Source: a virus (lineage: Duplodnaviria; Caudoviricetes). Taken from it: 40,467 bases of DNA. The position numbers and the translations under genes were made by a program. Shown one piece after another: positions 40,249 through 40,467 of the stretch (its first letter is position 1; the number at the start of each line of letters is the position of its first letter). Location: positions 1 through 40,467 of the IMG/VR virus record IMGVR_UViG_3300037657_000136. The stretch is one strand, 5' to 3'. A model generated the notes under the pieces. That model saw nothing but the letters and a program-made list of their open reading frames with translations, was not told the DNA's origin and did no database searches.

Positions 40249-40467
40249 CTGATCCTCCTTCCGGCTTCGGCCCCCGGCGGCCAGGTGGCCTGGAACTCTC
40301 CCCCGGTGCCATGGTGCCCAGCATTTCGGTGTAGGTGCGTTTGCTGAATTGGCTCACGGCGAGGCCACCAGCGCCAGCGTAAATGATCGCTGACAGTAGC
40401 TTCACCGTGGGTTCTGTCAATCCAAATTTCAATATGAAAATATCATAAACCGATCCGGCGAGGGCAA
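40235..40467 (-). CDS. Putative holin, 3' part (same ORF as 1-236)
   Basis: In frame with the ORF starting at 236 once the 127-bp overlap is merged; ends ...GGSDEHA*. Confidence 0.6.
   Translation of the reverse strand, partial: ALAGSVYDIFILKFGLTEPTVKLLSAIIYAGAGGLAVSQFSKRTYTEMLGTMAPGESSRPPGRRGPKPEGGSDEHA
40341..40467. repeat. Terminal 127-bp direct repeat (copy 2)
   Basis: Identical to 1-127. Confidence 0.95.

Larger units (their letters stand above)
1..40467. mobile_element. Complete temperate podovirus-like bacteriophage genome (circular, ~40,340 bp unique)
   Basis: Terminase, portal, capsid, tail, lysis, cI/cro, replication, integrase and attP modules are all present; the ends overlap by 127 bp with an ORF running through the junction. 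Confidence 0.95.

Overview
The window is a complete, circularly closed temperate phage genome of about 40,340 bp. Bases 1-127 are repeated exactly at 40341-40467, and a 2-TM lysis gene reads straight through the junction. The minus strand carries a podovirus-type (T7/BPP-1/epsilon15-like) late region: TerS, PBSX-type TerL, portal, scaffold, capsid, tubular tail A/B, three ejection proteins, a beta-helix tailspike, and an amidase/holin/spanin lysis cassette, which implies a diderm host. A lambdoid immunity switch (cI/cro, four operators) sits at 27.7-29.5 kb. The minus-strand early operon holds cII-like, cold-shock and replication-initiator genes, the last with iterons. The plus-strand accessory operon ends in xis, a nuclease, a tyrosine integrase and attP. 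Most unusual observations: (1) attP carries the 5' half of tRNA-Lys(CUU) with its own sigma70 promoter, and half of the anticodon stem is reused as an intrinsic terminator. (2) A repeat-bounded array of small genes lies between int and attP, and its boundaries copy the integrase 3' end. (3) A broken Tad1-like anti-defence gene sits next to a two-domain candidate signal-sponge. (4) A three-copy internal-loop RNA motif lies ahead of the capsid gene. (5) Many REP-like palindromes are translated in frame inside virion and early proteins. (6) A seemingly catalytically dead second terminase nuclease domain follows TerL. All family assignments come from motif recognition by eye, not from database searches.
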